In this document: one piece after another, positions 41,142 through 50,845 of the stretch | Position numbering within the stretch: the stretch's first letter is position 1 | Layout: each line of letters begins with the position of its first letter | Origin: a virus | IMG/VR virus record: IMGVR_UViG_3300033153_009093 | Span: 116,375-180,374 of that record | DNA: 64,000 bases | Direction: 5' to 3' (one strand) | Program-made: the position numbers and the translations under genes | Notes under the pieces: generated by a model | What the model was told of the DNA's origin: nothing | Databases searched by the model: none | The model's input: only the letters and a program-made list of their open reading frames with translations

Positions 41142-41663
41142 ATGTACTTCTTTACAAGCGATGAACATCTAGGCCATGCGAATATTATTAAGTACTGCAA
41201 TAGGCCATTTAATTCAGTTCAAGAAATGGATGCTCATTTAATTCAGTGTCATAATAGAGTGGTATCTAAAGGGGATACCGTAGTTCACGCTGGCGATTTT
41301 ACGTTAATAAAAGATTTTAGAAAAATAAAAAGAAATTACATTGATAAATTGAATGGTAATCATATTTTTTTAAAAGGAAGTCATGATTATTGGTTAGAAA
41401 ATGACCATCTTGTTATTTTTCAAAAAACTATAAAATCGCAATTTTTAGTTGTTTGTCATTATGCTATGAAGACTTGGCATAGATCGCATTATAATAGTTG
41501 GCAATTGCACGGGCATTCTCATGGTACATTAAAATCAGAGGGAAAGCAATTAGATATTGGAGTGGATAATAATAATTATTATCCCTTTTCTTTTGATGAT
41601 ATTTTAATAATTATGAATACGTTAAAAAATAATTTTAATTATACTGATAGAAGTAAAGGTTGA
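41142..41663 (+). CDS. Calcineurin-like metallophosphoesterase
   Basis: TSDEHLGH, AGDF, KGSHD, CHYA, HGHSH. Confidence 0.9.
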   Translation: MYFFTSDEHLGHANIIKYCNRPFNSVQEMDAHLIQCHNRVVSKGDTVVHAGDFTLIKDFRKIKRNYIDKLNGNHIFLKGSHDYWLENDHLVIFQKTIKSQFLVVCHYAMKTWHRSHYNSWQLHGHSHGTLKSEGKQLDIGVDNNNYYPFSFDDILIIMNTLKNNFNYTDRSKG

Positions 41664-41946
41664 TAATAAAAAATGATAGAATGTCACCAATGCGGTAATG
41701 AAATTCCTGAACATATAAATGATACATGGAATGAATTTTCAAAATTAACAAAAGATGAAGTATGTCAGTTAATTAAATATAAAAGATAAAAAATTATGTC
41801 AGAAAAAAATAAAAAAATAGATAAATATCATTATCATGAATTTTTAGATAGATGCGCAGTGATTCAAGATAATATAGAATATTTTTTAAGAGAGCATCCT
41901 GTTGCGAATAAAACTGTAATAAAAAAAATTATAAGGAAAAATGAAT

Positions 41947-42255
41947 ATGGTCATTGATTATTATGATTGTGATGTCTGTAATAAAAACGGAGTTTATGAA
42001 GAATATATAAGTTAGTGTAATAATTGCTAGAAAAATATATGCAGTAGTTGTACATTAAAAGAAAGCAAAGATGTTCCTTATATAGGATCTGATATTAGAG
42101 AAGATGTTGCTGGTTATATAAAAAGTGAATTTTGTCCATTTTGTAACGGTGATAAAATATCAGACAATCAAAGGCTAATTTTTTTATTAGATATTGTAAA
42201 TATGCCAATAGAAGATCTTGATAAAAGCATTTTAGAAAAAACAAAACATAAATAA
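41947..42255 (+). CDS. Cys-rich Zn-finger protein; 2 in-frame TAG
   Basis: CDVC..S*CNNC*KNICSSC..CPFC; TAG at 42013 and 42028. Missing from the track. Confidence 0.75.
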
Positions 42256-42262
42256 TTAATCA

Positions 42263-42961
42263 ATGAAATATATGGGTAGTAAAAATCGGATATCAAAATT
42301 TATTTTACCAATTATATTAAAAGATAATTTACCTAATCAGTGTTACGTAGAACCTTTTGTCGGAGGCGGTAATATGATTGATAAAGTTACAGGTAATAGA
42401 ATCGGTTCAGATATAAATAAGTATGTTATAGATGCATTAATTTCGATTAGAGATGAAGTGGATAATTTTCCGAAAACTAATAAAGATTTTACAGAAGCTG
42501 ACTATATTAGTTTAAAGAAAAGTGATAACTATAAATATAAAGGATATGCAGGGTTTTCGTTTAGTTACGGAGGTAAATGGTTAGGAGGATGGAGAAGAGA
42601 TAGAGAAAAAAAGAGAGATTATATAAATGAATCATATAGGAATGCAAAAAAACAAAGTAAATTTCTTCAGGATATCGTATTTATAAATATTAGTTATGAA
42701 AATTTAGAAATACCAAAAAATAGTATAATTTATTGCGATCCACCTTATATAAATACTACTACTTATAAAAATAAATTTAATCATGATATATTTTGGCAAT
42801 GGTGTAGAAATAAAAGTATTGAGGGACATAATGTTTTTATAAGTGAATATGTTGCGCCTATTGATTTTGAATGTATTTGGGAAAAAGAAATAACTTCTAG
42901 TTTAACAAAAAATACTGGCAGTAAAAAAGGAGTAGAGAAATTATTTAAATATAAATATTAA
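42263..42961 (+). CDS. DNA adenine methyltransferase (Dam/D12 class)
   Basis: YMGSK, YVEPFVGGG, YCDPPY. Confidence 0.9.
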   Translation: MKYMGSKNRISKFILPIILKDNLPNQCYVEPFVGGGNMIDKVTGNRIGSDINKYVIDALISIRDEVDNFPKTNKDFTEADYISLKKSDNYKYKGYAGFSFSYGGKWLGGWRRDREKKRDYINESYRNAKKQSKFLQDIVFINISYENLEIPKNSIIYCDPPYINTTTYKNKFNHDIFWQWCRNKSIEGHNVFISEYVAPIDFECIWEKEITSSLTKNTGSKKGVEKLFKYKY

Positions 42962-43020
42962 TTTTTAATATACATGGATTCAATTTATTAGTCAAATAAA
43001 TAAGATACGTGAGCATTTAA

Positions 43021-43470
43021 ATGAAAGTGATTAAAGGTGATTTAATTAAGTTAGCGAAAGAAAGGAAATTTGATGTCATAACGCACGGCTCGAACTGTTA
43101 TAATTGTATGGGTGCCGGAATTGCTAAACAAATTAAACAAGAATTTCCTGAAGCATATAAAGCTGATTTGAAAACAAAAAAAGGCGATAGATTAAAATTA
43201 GGTTCATATTCAGAAGCTTATGTTAAAAAATATAATTTAATAATTATTAATGCGTATACTCAATATGGTTATTGGGGAAAAGGCGGAAAACCGAACGCGG
43301 ATTATATGGCAATTGAAAAAGTATTTAAAAAAATAAAAGAAAATTATAATGCTAAACAGATTGGCATTCCTTTGATTGGTACTGGATTAGCAGGCGGTGA
43401 TTGGAATAAAATTTCTAATATTATTGATAGTATGAATTTTAATAATATAACATTAGTTGAATATGAATAA
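43021..43470 (+). CDS. Macro domain protein (ADP-ribose processing)
   Basis: KGDL, HGSNC..MGAGIA, PLIGTGLAGGDW. Confidence 0.9.
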   Translation: MKVIKGDLIKLAKERKFDVITHGSNCYNCMGAGIAKQIKQEFPEAYKADLKTKKGDRLKLGSYSEAYVKKYNLIIINAYTQYGYWGKGGKPNADYMAIEKVFKKIKENYNAKQIGIPLIGTGLAGGDWNKISNIIDSMNFNNITLVEYE

Positions 43471-43505
43471 AGAATCTGAAATCTAAAATATATAAAATAA
43501 AAGCT

Positions 43506-43862
43506 ATGAGTTATGATATAGATTTAAATTGTCCGGTTACAAATAAAGTAATAGGATTTGAGTTTAAACACGATATAAAAGGTGGCACATATGCTATAGG
43601 TGGCAGCGATGAAGCTTCATTGAATATTACTTATAATTATGCGCCTATTTTTTATAAACTCTTTCCTAAGAACGGTATACGTACTTTATATAATATGTCA
43701 GGTGCCGAAAGCATTCCATTGATTACAGGTGCAATAGATAAATTATCCGATAATACTTCAGCTAATTATTGGGAATGCACAGAAGGTAATGTTAAAAAAT
43801 CATTATATCAATTATTATCATTTGCAAAATTAAGACCAGATGGAGTATGGAATGGAGATTGA
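43506..43862 (+). CDS. Conserved phage hypothetical protein
   Basis: MSYDIDL..NITYNY..YWECTEGN..RPDGVW. Confidence 0.75.
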   Translation: MSYDIDLNCPVTNKVIGFEFKHDIKGGTYAIGGSDEASLNITYNYAPIFYKLFPKNGIRTLYNMSGAESIPLITGAIDKLSDNTSANYWECTEGNVKKSLYQLLSFAKLRPDGVWNGD

Positions 43863-44244
43863 GTTTAGTGTAAATGAACAGGATATTATATTAGCTGCAA
43901 TGGAAAATTATAAGTACGCAAGAACATCAGTTGTCGCTTACATTGAACAGGGCGGAAAAAAATCAATAGGTACTGGTTTTTCGATAGATGATTATAGATG
44001 TGCAAAAAAAAGATCAATAGCAGTTAATAATTTATTGCTAAAATTGCAAAATATTATTATGGAAATAAAACCTTGTCCATTTTGCAAAGATGTACCTGAA
44101 CCGGAATCATTTTGCCATAATTCTATAAAAGAGGATTCATGGTATATAATATGCGATTGCGGTAAAGCTCAGGTTAAAGATCATACTACTAGATTGCAAG
44201 CTATATTTGAATGGAATGATCAATATATGTTAAAAGGAAATTAA
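43840..44244 (+). CDS. Hypothetical protein with C-terminal Lar-like Zn finger
   Basis: IKPCPFC..YIICDC..AIFEWN. Confidence 0.6.
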   Translation: MEYGMEIEFSVNEQDIILAAMENYKYARTSVVAYIEQGGKKSIGTGFSIDDYRCAKKRSIAVNNLLLKLQNIIMEIKPCPFCKDVPEPESFCHNSIKEDSWYIICDCGKAQVKDHTTRLQAIFEWNDQYMLKGN

Positions 44245-44248
44245 ACTA

Positions 44249-44440
44249 ATGAAATGTACCATTATACCATATGATAAAAGATTAAAGCAATTAATTGCAG
44301 AATATGGAACAATTTGGTATAACGTTTCTGGTATACAAACGCCCTTATGCTTTCTTGGCGAAAAGGGCGTATTAGTAGAATCTTTATGTCGTAATCATAA
44401 AAGATGGGTAAAGTATCCTTCTCAAATAAAAATGAATTAA
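44249..44440 (+). CDS. Hypothetical protein
   Basis: 63-aa ORF. Confidence 0.55.
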   Translation: MKCTIIPYDKRLKQLIAEYGTIWYNVSGIQTPLCFLGEKGVLVESLCRNHKRWVKYPSQIKMN

Positions 44441-44769
44441 CTATGTTGCTACAAATAAAAATACCTTATGTAAATGGAAAGAAAGTACTTATAGAAGAAA
44501 TATATTTTGAATATTTTCCTACTAAACAAGAAGTAATTACTATTATGCAAAAAAAGCATAATAGGTGCAAAGATAATGAACTTTATAGTAAATTATATTT
44601 CGATTCATGGTTAAAGTGTATTAATACATTAACTAATACTTTAAAATGGTATGATATAGATTTAATGATGGAATTTCAAGACTATTCTATTTTAGTTAAT
44701 TATTTTGCATTCAAACATTTAATACAATTTAGAATTTTATATATTCATAAAGATGAGGACAAACAATAA
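44404..44769 (+). CDS. Hypothetical protein (start uncertain)
   Basis: ORF in tight packing. Confidence 0.55.
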   Translation: MGKVSFSNKNELTMLLQIKIPYVNGKKVLIEEIYFEYFPTKQEVITIMQKKHNRCKDNELYSKLYFDSWLKCINTLTNTLKWYDIDLMMEFQDYSILVNYFAFKHLIQFRILYIHKDEDKQ

Positions 44770-45841
44770 TAATATGTTAAATGTTCAGCGTTATTTATCA
44801 GAATATTCGGTAAGTCAACTTAAATCAGAATATTTTATTAAGGTTGCAGAATATTCAGATCTAATGTCATTAAATTATTCTCAAATAGAATCTCCTAAAA
44901 ATAATCCTATAACAAATGAATGCAGAGGGTTAATTTTAGAAAAAAATCCACCGTATAAAATAATATGTAGATCATTTGATAGATTTTATAATTATGGCGA
45001 AAATGACAGTTTTCCTGATAACTTTCAAGATTATAAATGTTTTGAAAAGAGAGATGGGTCATTAATAAATGTTTATAATTATAATAGTAATTGGGTTGCT
45101 GCTACAAGGAAAATGATTTATGCAGAAGGTATAAATTTACAAGGTTATAATTTTAGCGATTTATTTTTTTCTTGTTTTAATAAATCGTCATTAAATTTTG
45201 TTGATCCAAATTTTACTTTAATATTTGAATTGACTAGCCCAAATAATAGAATAGTTACTAACTATAAAAAAACAGATTATAGATTGCTAACTGTAAGAAA
45301 TAGATTTACGGGAAAGGAATTAAATTATGATCAATTAGTAAAATTTTCTAAAGAATACAATTTTCCACTAGCAAATGAATATTATTTTAAAAATTATGAT
45401 GATGTTGTAAATAGTTATAATACTTTAAATGAATTAGAAGAAGGTTATGTTTTTATAAATTATGATACAATGCATAGATTTAAAATGAAAAATCCTTCTT
45501 ATTTGGCTGCTGCTCATATTAGATGCAACGGTTCTATTTCTCCAAAGAATATTATTAATTTGATATTTTTAAATGATTATGAAGAATATTTATTAATGTT
45601 TCCTGAAGATATAATTCATTTTGAAAAATATATCGAAGCATATAATAAAATGATAATCGATGTAATGGAATTATATAATAAATATAAATTCATTGAAAAT
45701 CGAAAAGAATTTGCTTTAACAATAAAGAACGAGAAATGTAAAAATTTATTATTTGGATTACGAAATAATAAAGTATTAACTGATTTATTTTCTAACTTAA
45801 CAAACAATTCAAAAGTATCATTAATTAATAATTATTTATAA
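44753..45841 (+). CDS. RNA ligase (T4 Rnl1-like)
   Basis: ECRGLIL, SFDRFYNYGE, EKRDGS, FEL.SP.NRIV, EEGYV, FKMK. Confidence 0.9.
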   Translation: MRTNNNNMLNVQRYLSEYSVSQLKSEYFIKVAEYSDLMSLNYSQIESPKNNPITNECRGLILEKNPPYKIICRSFDRFYNYGENDSFPDNFQDYKCFEKRDGSLINVYNYNSNWVAATRKMIYAEGINLQGYNFSDLFFSCFNKSSLNFVDPNFTLIFELTSPNNRIVTNYKKTDYRLLTVRNRFTGKELNYDQLVKFSKEYNFPLANEYYFKNYDDVVNSYNTLNELEEGYVFINYDTMHRFKMKNPSYLAAAHIRCNGSISPKNIINLIFLNDYEEYLLMFPEDIIHFEKYIEAYNKMIIDVMELYNKYKFIENRKEFALTIKNEKCKNLLFGLRNNKVLTDLFSNLTNNSKVSLINNYL

Positions 45842-45842
45842 T

Positions 45843-46550
45843 ATGATAAATTTAATATTTGGAGATTGTTTAGTTGAAATGAAATCAATAGCTGATAATA
45901 GCATTGATTTCATTTGCTGCGATTTACCTTATGGCGTTACGGCTTCTAACTGGGATAGTATTATTGATTTTAATAAACTATGGTTAGAATATAATAGATT
46001 GATAAAGAGCACGGGAACTATTGCACTATTTTCAAGCCAGCCATTTACTACTAAGTTAATTAATAGCAATATAAAAAATTTTAGATACTGTTGGTATTGG
46101 TTAAAAAATCAAGGCACAAATTTTTTTCATGCAAAAATAATGCCCATACGAAAAATAGAAGAGATTTGTATTTTTAATAAAGGGAAATACTATCCACAAA
46201 TAACTGATGGACATATACCTACTAATTCAGCTAAGGGAATTAGTAAAGGTAAAGTTTATCATGGAAAAAATGAAAGAAATTCCAAAGGAAAAAAAACCAC
46301 AAGGTATCCTGTAAATGTATTAGAATTTAAATGTGTTGATAACTATTCACGGTTGCACCCTAATCAAAAACCTATAGATCTAATAAGTTATTTAATAAAT
46401 ACATATACAGATGAAAATGACGTTGTGTTAGATAATACAATGGGGGTAGGTACCGTTGGTATAGCCTGTAAAAAATTAAATAGAAAATTTATAGGTATTG
46501 AAAATAATAAAAAATATTTTAAAATTGCTGAAGATATTATTATTCATTAA
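45843..46550 (+). CDS. DNA methyltransferase (N4/N6, beta class)
   Basis: GDCL, CDLPYG, HPNQKP, VLDNTMGVGT. Confidence 0.9.
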   Translation: MINLIFGDCLVEMKSIADNSIDFICCDLPYGVTASNWDSIIDFNKLWLEYNRLIKSTGTIALFSSQPFTTKLINSNIKNFRYCWYWLKNQGTNFFHAKIMPIRKIEEICIFNKGKYYPQITDGHIPTNSAKGISKGKVYHGKNERNSKGKKTTRYPVNVLEFKCVDNYSRLHPNQKPIDLISYLINTYTDENDVVLDNTMGVGTVGIACKKLNRKFIGIENNKKYFKIAEDIIIH

Positions 46551-46603
46551 TTAATTAAATAATTATAATTAATTTATAAATATTTAATTATAGGTTAATT
46601 TTT

Positions 46604-47200
46604 ATGAGTACTTTAGAAAAATATGTTTCGGGTATCTTGCAATAGGCTTTAATTATAGGCGTTGTTATCGCAGGTTCGTATTACTATACAAAGATTCCCG
46701 CAGATTTAGAATGGATAAAGATGGTGGCTTATGGTGCTATTGGTACTATGATTTCTACAACTTTACCACTGTATTTAATTAGACGGAGGCGGTCAAAAAC
46801 AAGACCGTTTATGAATAGCGAAAATACATTTGATGTATCATATCATACTAATCCATCTTCTGGCGGCAAAAAATTACAAGTATATATTGATAGAAAAGTG
46901 CCTTCGTTAATATACGAACCAATAAATCATTATTTCTTACCTTGGTAGTTAGAAATTTGCGATGTCGATCTTATCAGAGGGTTATTTGAATTTGGTGACA
47001 TTACAATGAATTCAAACGTTAATGATGGTAATAATTTAAAGAAAGTACCAAGAGGTTTAGAAGTCAGAGGCGGCCCTGCGAGAAATATTCTTGGCGAAAA
47101 GCAAAAAATTGAAAATAGAAAAAAATTATCTTCTTGTGATAAAAAACATTTAGATGTATTTTATGCAATTAAAGATGCTGGAGTTTTAGTAAAGGAATAA
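46604..47200 (+). CDS. Two-TM membrane protein (holin-like candidate), 198 aa; 2 in-frame TAG
   Basis: TAG 46643 and 46946 join two track ORFs; TM segments ALIIGVVIAGSYYY and VAYGAIGTMISTTLPLYLI followed by RRRRSK. Confidence 0.6.
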
Positions 47201-47229
47201 TAATTATTTCTTTTAAAGTAATGTGGTAC

Positions 47230-47266
47230 AAAAACCCGTTGTTGTTTGGCAACGGGTTTTTTATTT
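47230..47266 (+). terminator. Intrinsic terminator
   Basis: AAAACCCGTTG/CAACGGGTTTT stem plus T-tract. Confidence 0.85.
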
Positions 47267-47290
47267 TGAGAATATAACAGTTAATTTTTC

Positions 47291-47319
47291 TTGACAGAAT
47301 AAAAATTAACTGTTATATT
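47291..47319 (+). promoter_or_regulatory. Sigma70-type promoter
   Basis: TTGACA-N17-TATATT. Confidence 0.75.
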
Positions 47320-47387
47320 CTTATTTATTCAATGAGGGTCTAATTATTAGACCCTTTTTATTAACTCATTTATTGAGGATATTTTTT

Positions 47388-48110
47388 ATGAACCGGAAAT
47401 ATATTTTGATTGGTTCGGTAGCTTTTGCGTTAATGTCAACTAGTGTATATGCAAGGACTTTCGATAGTAATGTTACTGAAACAGGTAATGTAATGGGAGC
47501 GGCTGATAAACAAAATAAATGCTTTCTTTACAAGATGTCGGTTAAAGGTTCGAATAGTTTTTTTGGCGGAAACAAAAAATCTATTGAAGCTACTTGTCAA
47601 GATGCAGGCGGAGAAGATTTTAAATTTTCCGCCAATGGTAAGTTTCATAAAGATCTTGTAAATTATGCTGCTCAAGAAGTTATTATTATTACTGCACCTA
47701 ATAAAGGGGATAATAAAGTCGATGGCGCAAAAACAAATAATATTTTGATTTCAATTAAACCTGTTCGTGATAACGAAGTTAATGAACATAAAGTTTGTGG
47801 GCCGGATAATCCAACCAATATTGATTATGGCGTAAATACCTCTAAGATTTATTCTTCTGGTTATCGGGTTACTCGGCCTGTTTCATTTAATAAGAATAAA
47901 AAGCAGTGGCATATGAACTCATATGTAGGTATTGTAGATGATAGTGAGTGGAAGGTAGGTAAAAAAGATCACTCTAATGTGACATTTACAAGAGGTTGCG
48001 CTATGGCGGTTAATTCAATGTTGATCACTGATACTCCTTTGATTTTTGATTATATGCAAATGAAAGAAGGTGGTACATATACTATTGGTCGGGCCGCAGT
48101 GATTGAATAA
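47388..48110 (+). CDS. Secreted/periplasmic hypothetical protein
   Basis: GAGGA RBS; signal peptide MNRKYILIGSVAFALMSTSVYA; higher GC. Confidence 0.7.
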   Translation: MNRKYILIGSVAFALMSTSVYARTFDSNVTETGNVMGAADKQNKCFLYKMSVKGSNSFFGGNKKSIEATCQDAGGEDFKFSANGKFHKDLVNYAAQEVIIITAPNKGDNKVDGAKTNNILISIKPVRDNEVNEHKVCGPDNPTNIDYGVNTSKIYSSGYRVTRPVSFNKNKKQWHMNSYVGIVDDSEWKVGKKDHSNVTFTRGCAMAVNSMLITDTPLIFDYMQMKEGGTYTIGRAAVIE

Positions 48111-48136
48111 TAGTACATTACTGTATTAGTTTTATT

Positions 48137-48165
48137 AAAGTCGGCCTTTTGGTCGGCTTTTTTTT
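48137..48165 (+). terminator. Intrinsic terminator
   Basis: AAAGTCGGCC-TTTT-GGTCGGCTTT plus T-tract. Confidence 0.85.
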
Positions 48166-48177
48166 ATTCAAAAGCTA

Positions 48178-48206
48178 TTGACAATTATTATCAATAATGG
48201 TATAAT
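48178..48206 (+). promoter_or_regulatory. Consensus sigma70 promoter
   Basis: TTGACA-N17-TATAAT with extended TG. Confidence 0.85.
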
Positions 48207-48250
48207 ATTGATTATATAATTTATAAATACCAACTTAAAAAAAAAGGAAT

Positions 48251-48973
48251 ATGAAGATTTTAATATGCGGTGACACTCACATGGAATTCGGTAAACTTAA
48301 TCAATTACTTTCCAAAAAGCAACCAGATATGGTTATAGTTGTAGGGGACTTTGGTTACTGGCCGTCTTTAATGGAAGTGAGACTTAATTATGGGTGGGGG
48401 GGAAGTACTACTAATTATATAAAAAAAGAAACAAATTGTTTATCAAAAATAAAACCCGGTAAAACTAAAATATATTGGGTAGATGGTAATCATGAGCAAC
48501 ATTCGGAGTTGAATAAATATCAGAATGGTAAGATTCATGAACTGGAAAAAAATATATTCTTTTGTTCAAGGGGTAGTAGTTTAACTTTGTCAGATGGTAG
48601 AAATGTTTTATTTATAGGCGGTGCATATTCTATAGATAAAAATCAAAGAACAGAAAGAGTTGATTGGTTTCATGAAGAAACTATTTCAAATAAAGACTAT
48701 GATAAAGCTATATCGCATGAAAAAATTGATATAGTTATATCACATACCGCCCCTGAATATTTTGCGCCTGATTTAATGAATGGTAATATGGCTAAAATAT
48801 ATGATCCTTCGTGCAAAGCATTGAATGGTATATTTGATAAATATAAACCTCCGCTTTGGTATTTTGGACATTGGCACTTTTATAAAGAAGCGGTGTTTAA
48901 AGGATGTTATTGGACTTGTTTAAATTATGTCGGTAATCAAGTAGGTGGCCGACAATGGGATTGGTTAAAGTAA
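48251..48973 (+). CDS. Metallophosphoesterase
   Basis: GDTH, VGDFG, DGNHE, SHTAP, FGHWH. Confidence 0.9.
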   Translation: MKILICGDTHMEFGKLNQLLSKKQPDMVIVVGDFGYWPSLMEVRLNYGWGGSTTNYIKKETNCLSKIKPGKTKIYWVDGNHEQHSELNKYQNGKIHELEKNIFFCSRGSSLTLSDGRNVLFIGGAYSIDKNQRTERVDWFHEETISNKDYDKAISHEKIDIVISHTAPEYFAPDLMNGNMAKIYDPSCKALNGIFDKYKPPLWYFGHWHFYKEAVFKGCYWTCLNYVGNQVGGRQWDWLK

Positions 48974-48995
48974 TAATTACTAAAAAAGGAAACTT

Positions 48996-49520
48996 ATGAA
49001 AGAAATAAAATTAAAATTGCATAGCATTGTTGATCTGATTACTAATTCATCTACAGTCATTTATACTTATTCTCATGGCTGCGATGTCGTTTTAGAAAAG
49101 TTATTTAATGAACTAAGAGATGTTTTTAATATCAAAGAAAGTATAAATGACATGTTTTATATTTCAACACTTTGCGATGATGACGGATATTATAGTTATT
49201 TATCAGAAAAATTAGATAACGATGATTGGGAAAATAAAGAATTAGAAATTTCCGAAGAGTTATTATTAATTTTAAAAGATGAAAATGCAGATTGGAAAGC
49301 GTTAAGTAATGCCGTTAACGAAGCGAAAGAAGATGTAAAATATAATAGAACAGAGAAACCAAAATGGATGCATGAAGCGGAAAAAGATTCTGGTTGGGAC
49401 GGTTTCGCATCATCTACATATATTAATATTATTCCGAAAGAAGAGAAGTACGAAAAGGTGGCAACTTTATTTTATAATTTAATTTATAGCACTGACCATG
49501 AAGCTACAAGAGATGGTTGA
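48996..49520 (+). CDS. Hypothetical protein (DLITNSST family), paralog A
   Basis: First 62 nt identical to 50191 gene. Confidence 0.75.
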   Translation: MKEIKLKLHSIVDLITNSSTVIYTYSHGCDVVLEKLFNELRDVFNIKESINDMFYISTLCDDDGYYSYLSEKLDNDDWENKELEISEELLLILKDENADWKALSNAVNEAKEDVKYNRTEKPKWMHEAEKDSGWDGFASSTYINIIPKEEKYEKVATLFYNLIYSTDHEATRDG

Positions 49521-49546
49521 TTAGCGGTAAATATAAAAAATAGTAT

Positions 49547-49576
49547 ATAGGAGACTAATAATCTCCTATTTTTTTT
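49547..49576 (+). terminator. Intrinsic terminator
   Basis: ATAGGAGA/TCTCCTAT stem plus T-tract. Confidence 0.7.
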
Positions 49577-49585
49577 AATAAAATT

Positions 49586-50070
49586 ATGAAAGAATATAAA
49601 AAAATAGTTGAATATATTAATACTGATATAAAAGAAATAGTACTTAATGACAATTAGAAAAAAGTTATTAAATATATTGAAAGAAATAATAATAATAATA
49701 TTATTATATTTAAAGATAGACAAGTAGGATTTACTACTTTGACAAATTTATATATATATTGTATAAATTTTTATATGAAAAAGAAAGTAGCGTGATAGCT
49801 TGTCATAGTCAAAGAATGGTAAATTGTTGCAAAGATGACATTATAAAAATTATTAGTAGACAAAAAACTTTACAAGATATTCTGATTACTAATAATAAAA
49901 TTTCATATCATGATCGCAATGATGAAATTACTATAAGATTTATTACTAATTCATATGAGTATAAAAGTTGCAGTATTAATAATTTAATAATAAACGATTC
50001 TGATTATATAGAAAATTTTAGATACACATTTACAACTTATTATACATCTATAATGTACAATAAGTTGTAA
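49586..50070 (+). pseudogene. Short terminase-ATPase-like gene with 1 TAG and a frameshift in an (AT)n tract
   Basis: LNDN*KKVI..IIIFKDRQVGFTTL (Q-motif and RQ.G.TT Walker-A-like); frame shifts at 49749-49760 into track ORF 49759. Confidence 0.5.
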
Positions 50071-50190
50071 AATTATACTATCTATAGATAGTATACATTG
50101 TGAATTTATAAAAGATTTACTAATGAAATACGGAGCTATATTTTTATTAAACACTTCAGTATAATAATAATTAATAAGGAAAAAAATAAT

Positions 50191-50655
50191 ATGAAAGAAA
50201 TAAAATTAAAATTGCATAGCATTGTTGATCTGATTACTAATTCATCTACAGTTTTATATACTGACAGTAGAAAATCCGAAGAAGCTTTGATAAATGTTAT
50301 GGGAGAAATTTTTAAATTACATAATATTGATAAAAAAGTAAAAGACGTATTTGATATTTCAGTAACCGTTGAAGATCTCGATGAACATATTTATAGTTAT
50401 ATTTATGATAATCCTGATGAGTTTGAACTTGAATATGATGATGATCTAGGTTCAAAAGTAAATGATTTGACTATTCAATATATGGAAGATTTTAAATCTG
50501 GTAAGATTAAAATGCCTGATTGGATGGATGGTTTAGGCGAAGATTCTGCAAGTAATTGGATTTCTATTGTATCAAAAGAAAAAGAGTACGAATATTTAGC
50601 AGGATTATTAGAAAAATTAATTTATAGTATTGATGTAGAAGAAGGAATTGAATAA
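50191..50655 (+). CDS. Hypothetical protein (DLITNSST family), paralog B
   Basis: Shares MKEIKLKLHSIVDLITNSSTV and a C-terminal I..KE..YE..A..L..LIYS motif with paralog A. Confidence 0.75.
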   Translation: MKEIKLKLHSIVDLITNSSTVLYTDSRKSEEALINVMGEIFKLHNIDKKVKDVFDISVTVEDLDEHIYSYIYDNPDEFELEYDDDLGSKVNDLTIQYMEDFKSGKIKMPDWMDGLGEDSASNWISIVSKEKEYEYLAGLLEKLIYSIDVEEGIE

Positions 50656-50845
50656 TTGAATATGATAGTTATCTTAAGTTGTCTATATAAGATTTAAGCT
50701 ACTTTTTATAGTTTTATATAGACAACTACCTAAATTATGTCATCGGTTTAAATTAGAGGCTATTCTGTTACGCTATTAAAGAACTATTGTCTATTATTCA
50801 ATTAAGAAATAGGGGCAATTATTAATGTTACCGAGTCCCTATTTT

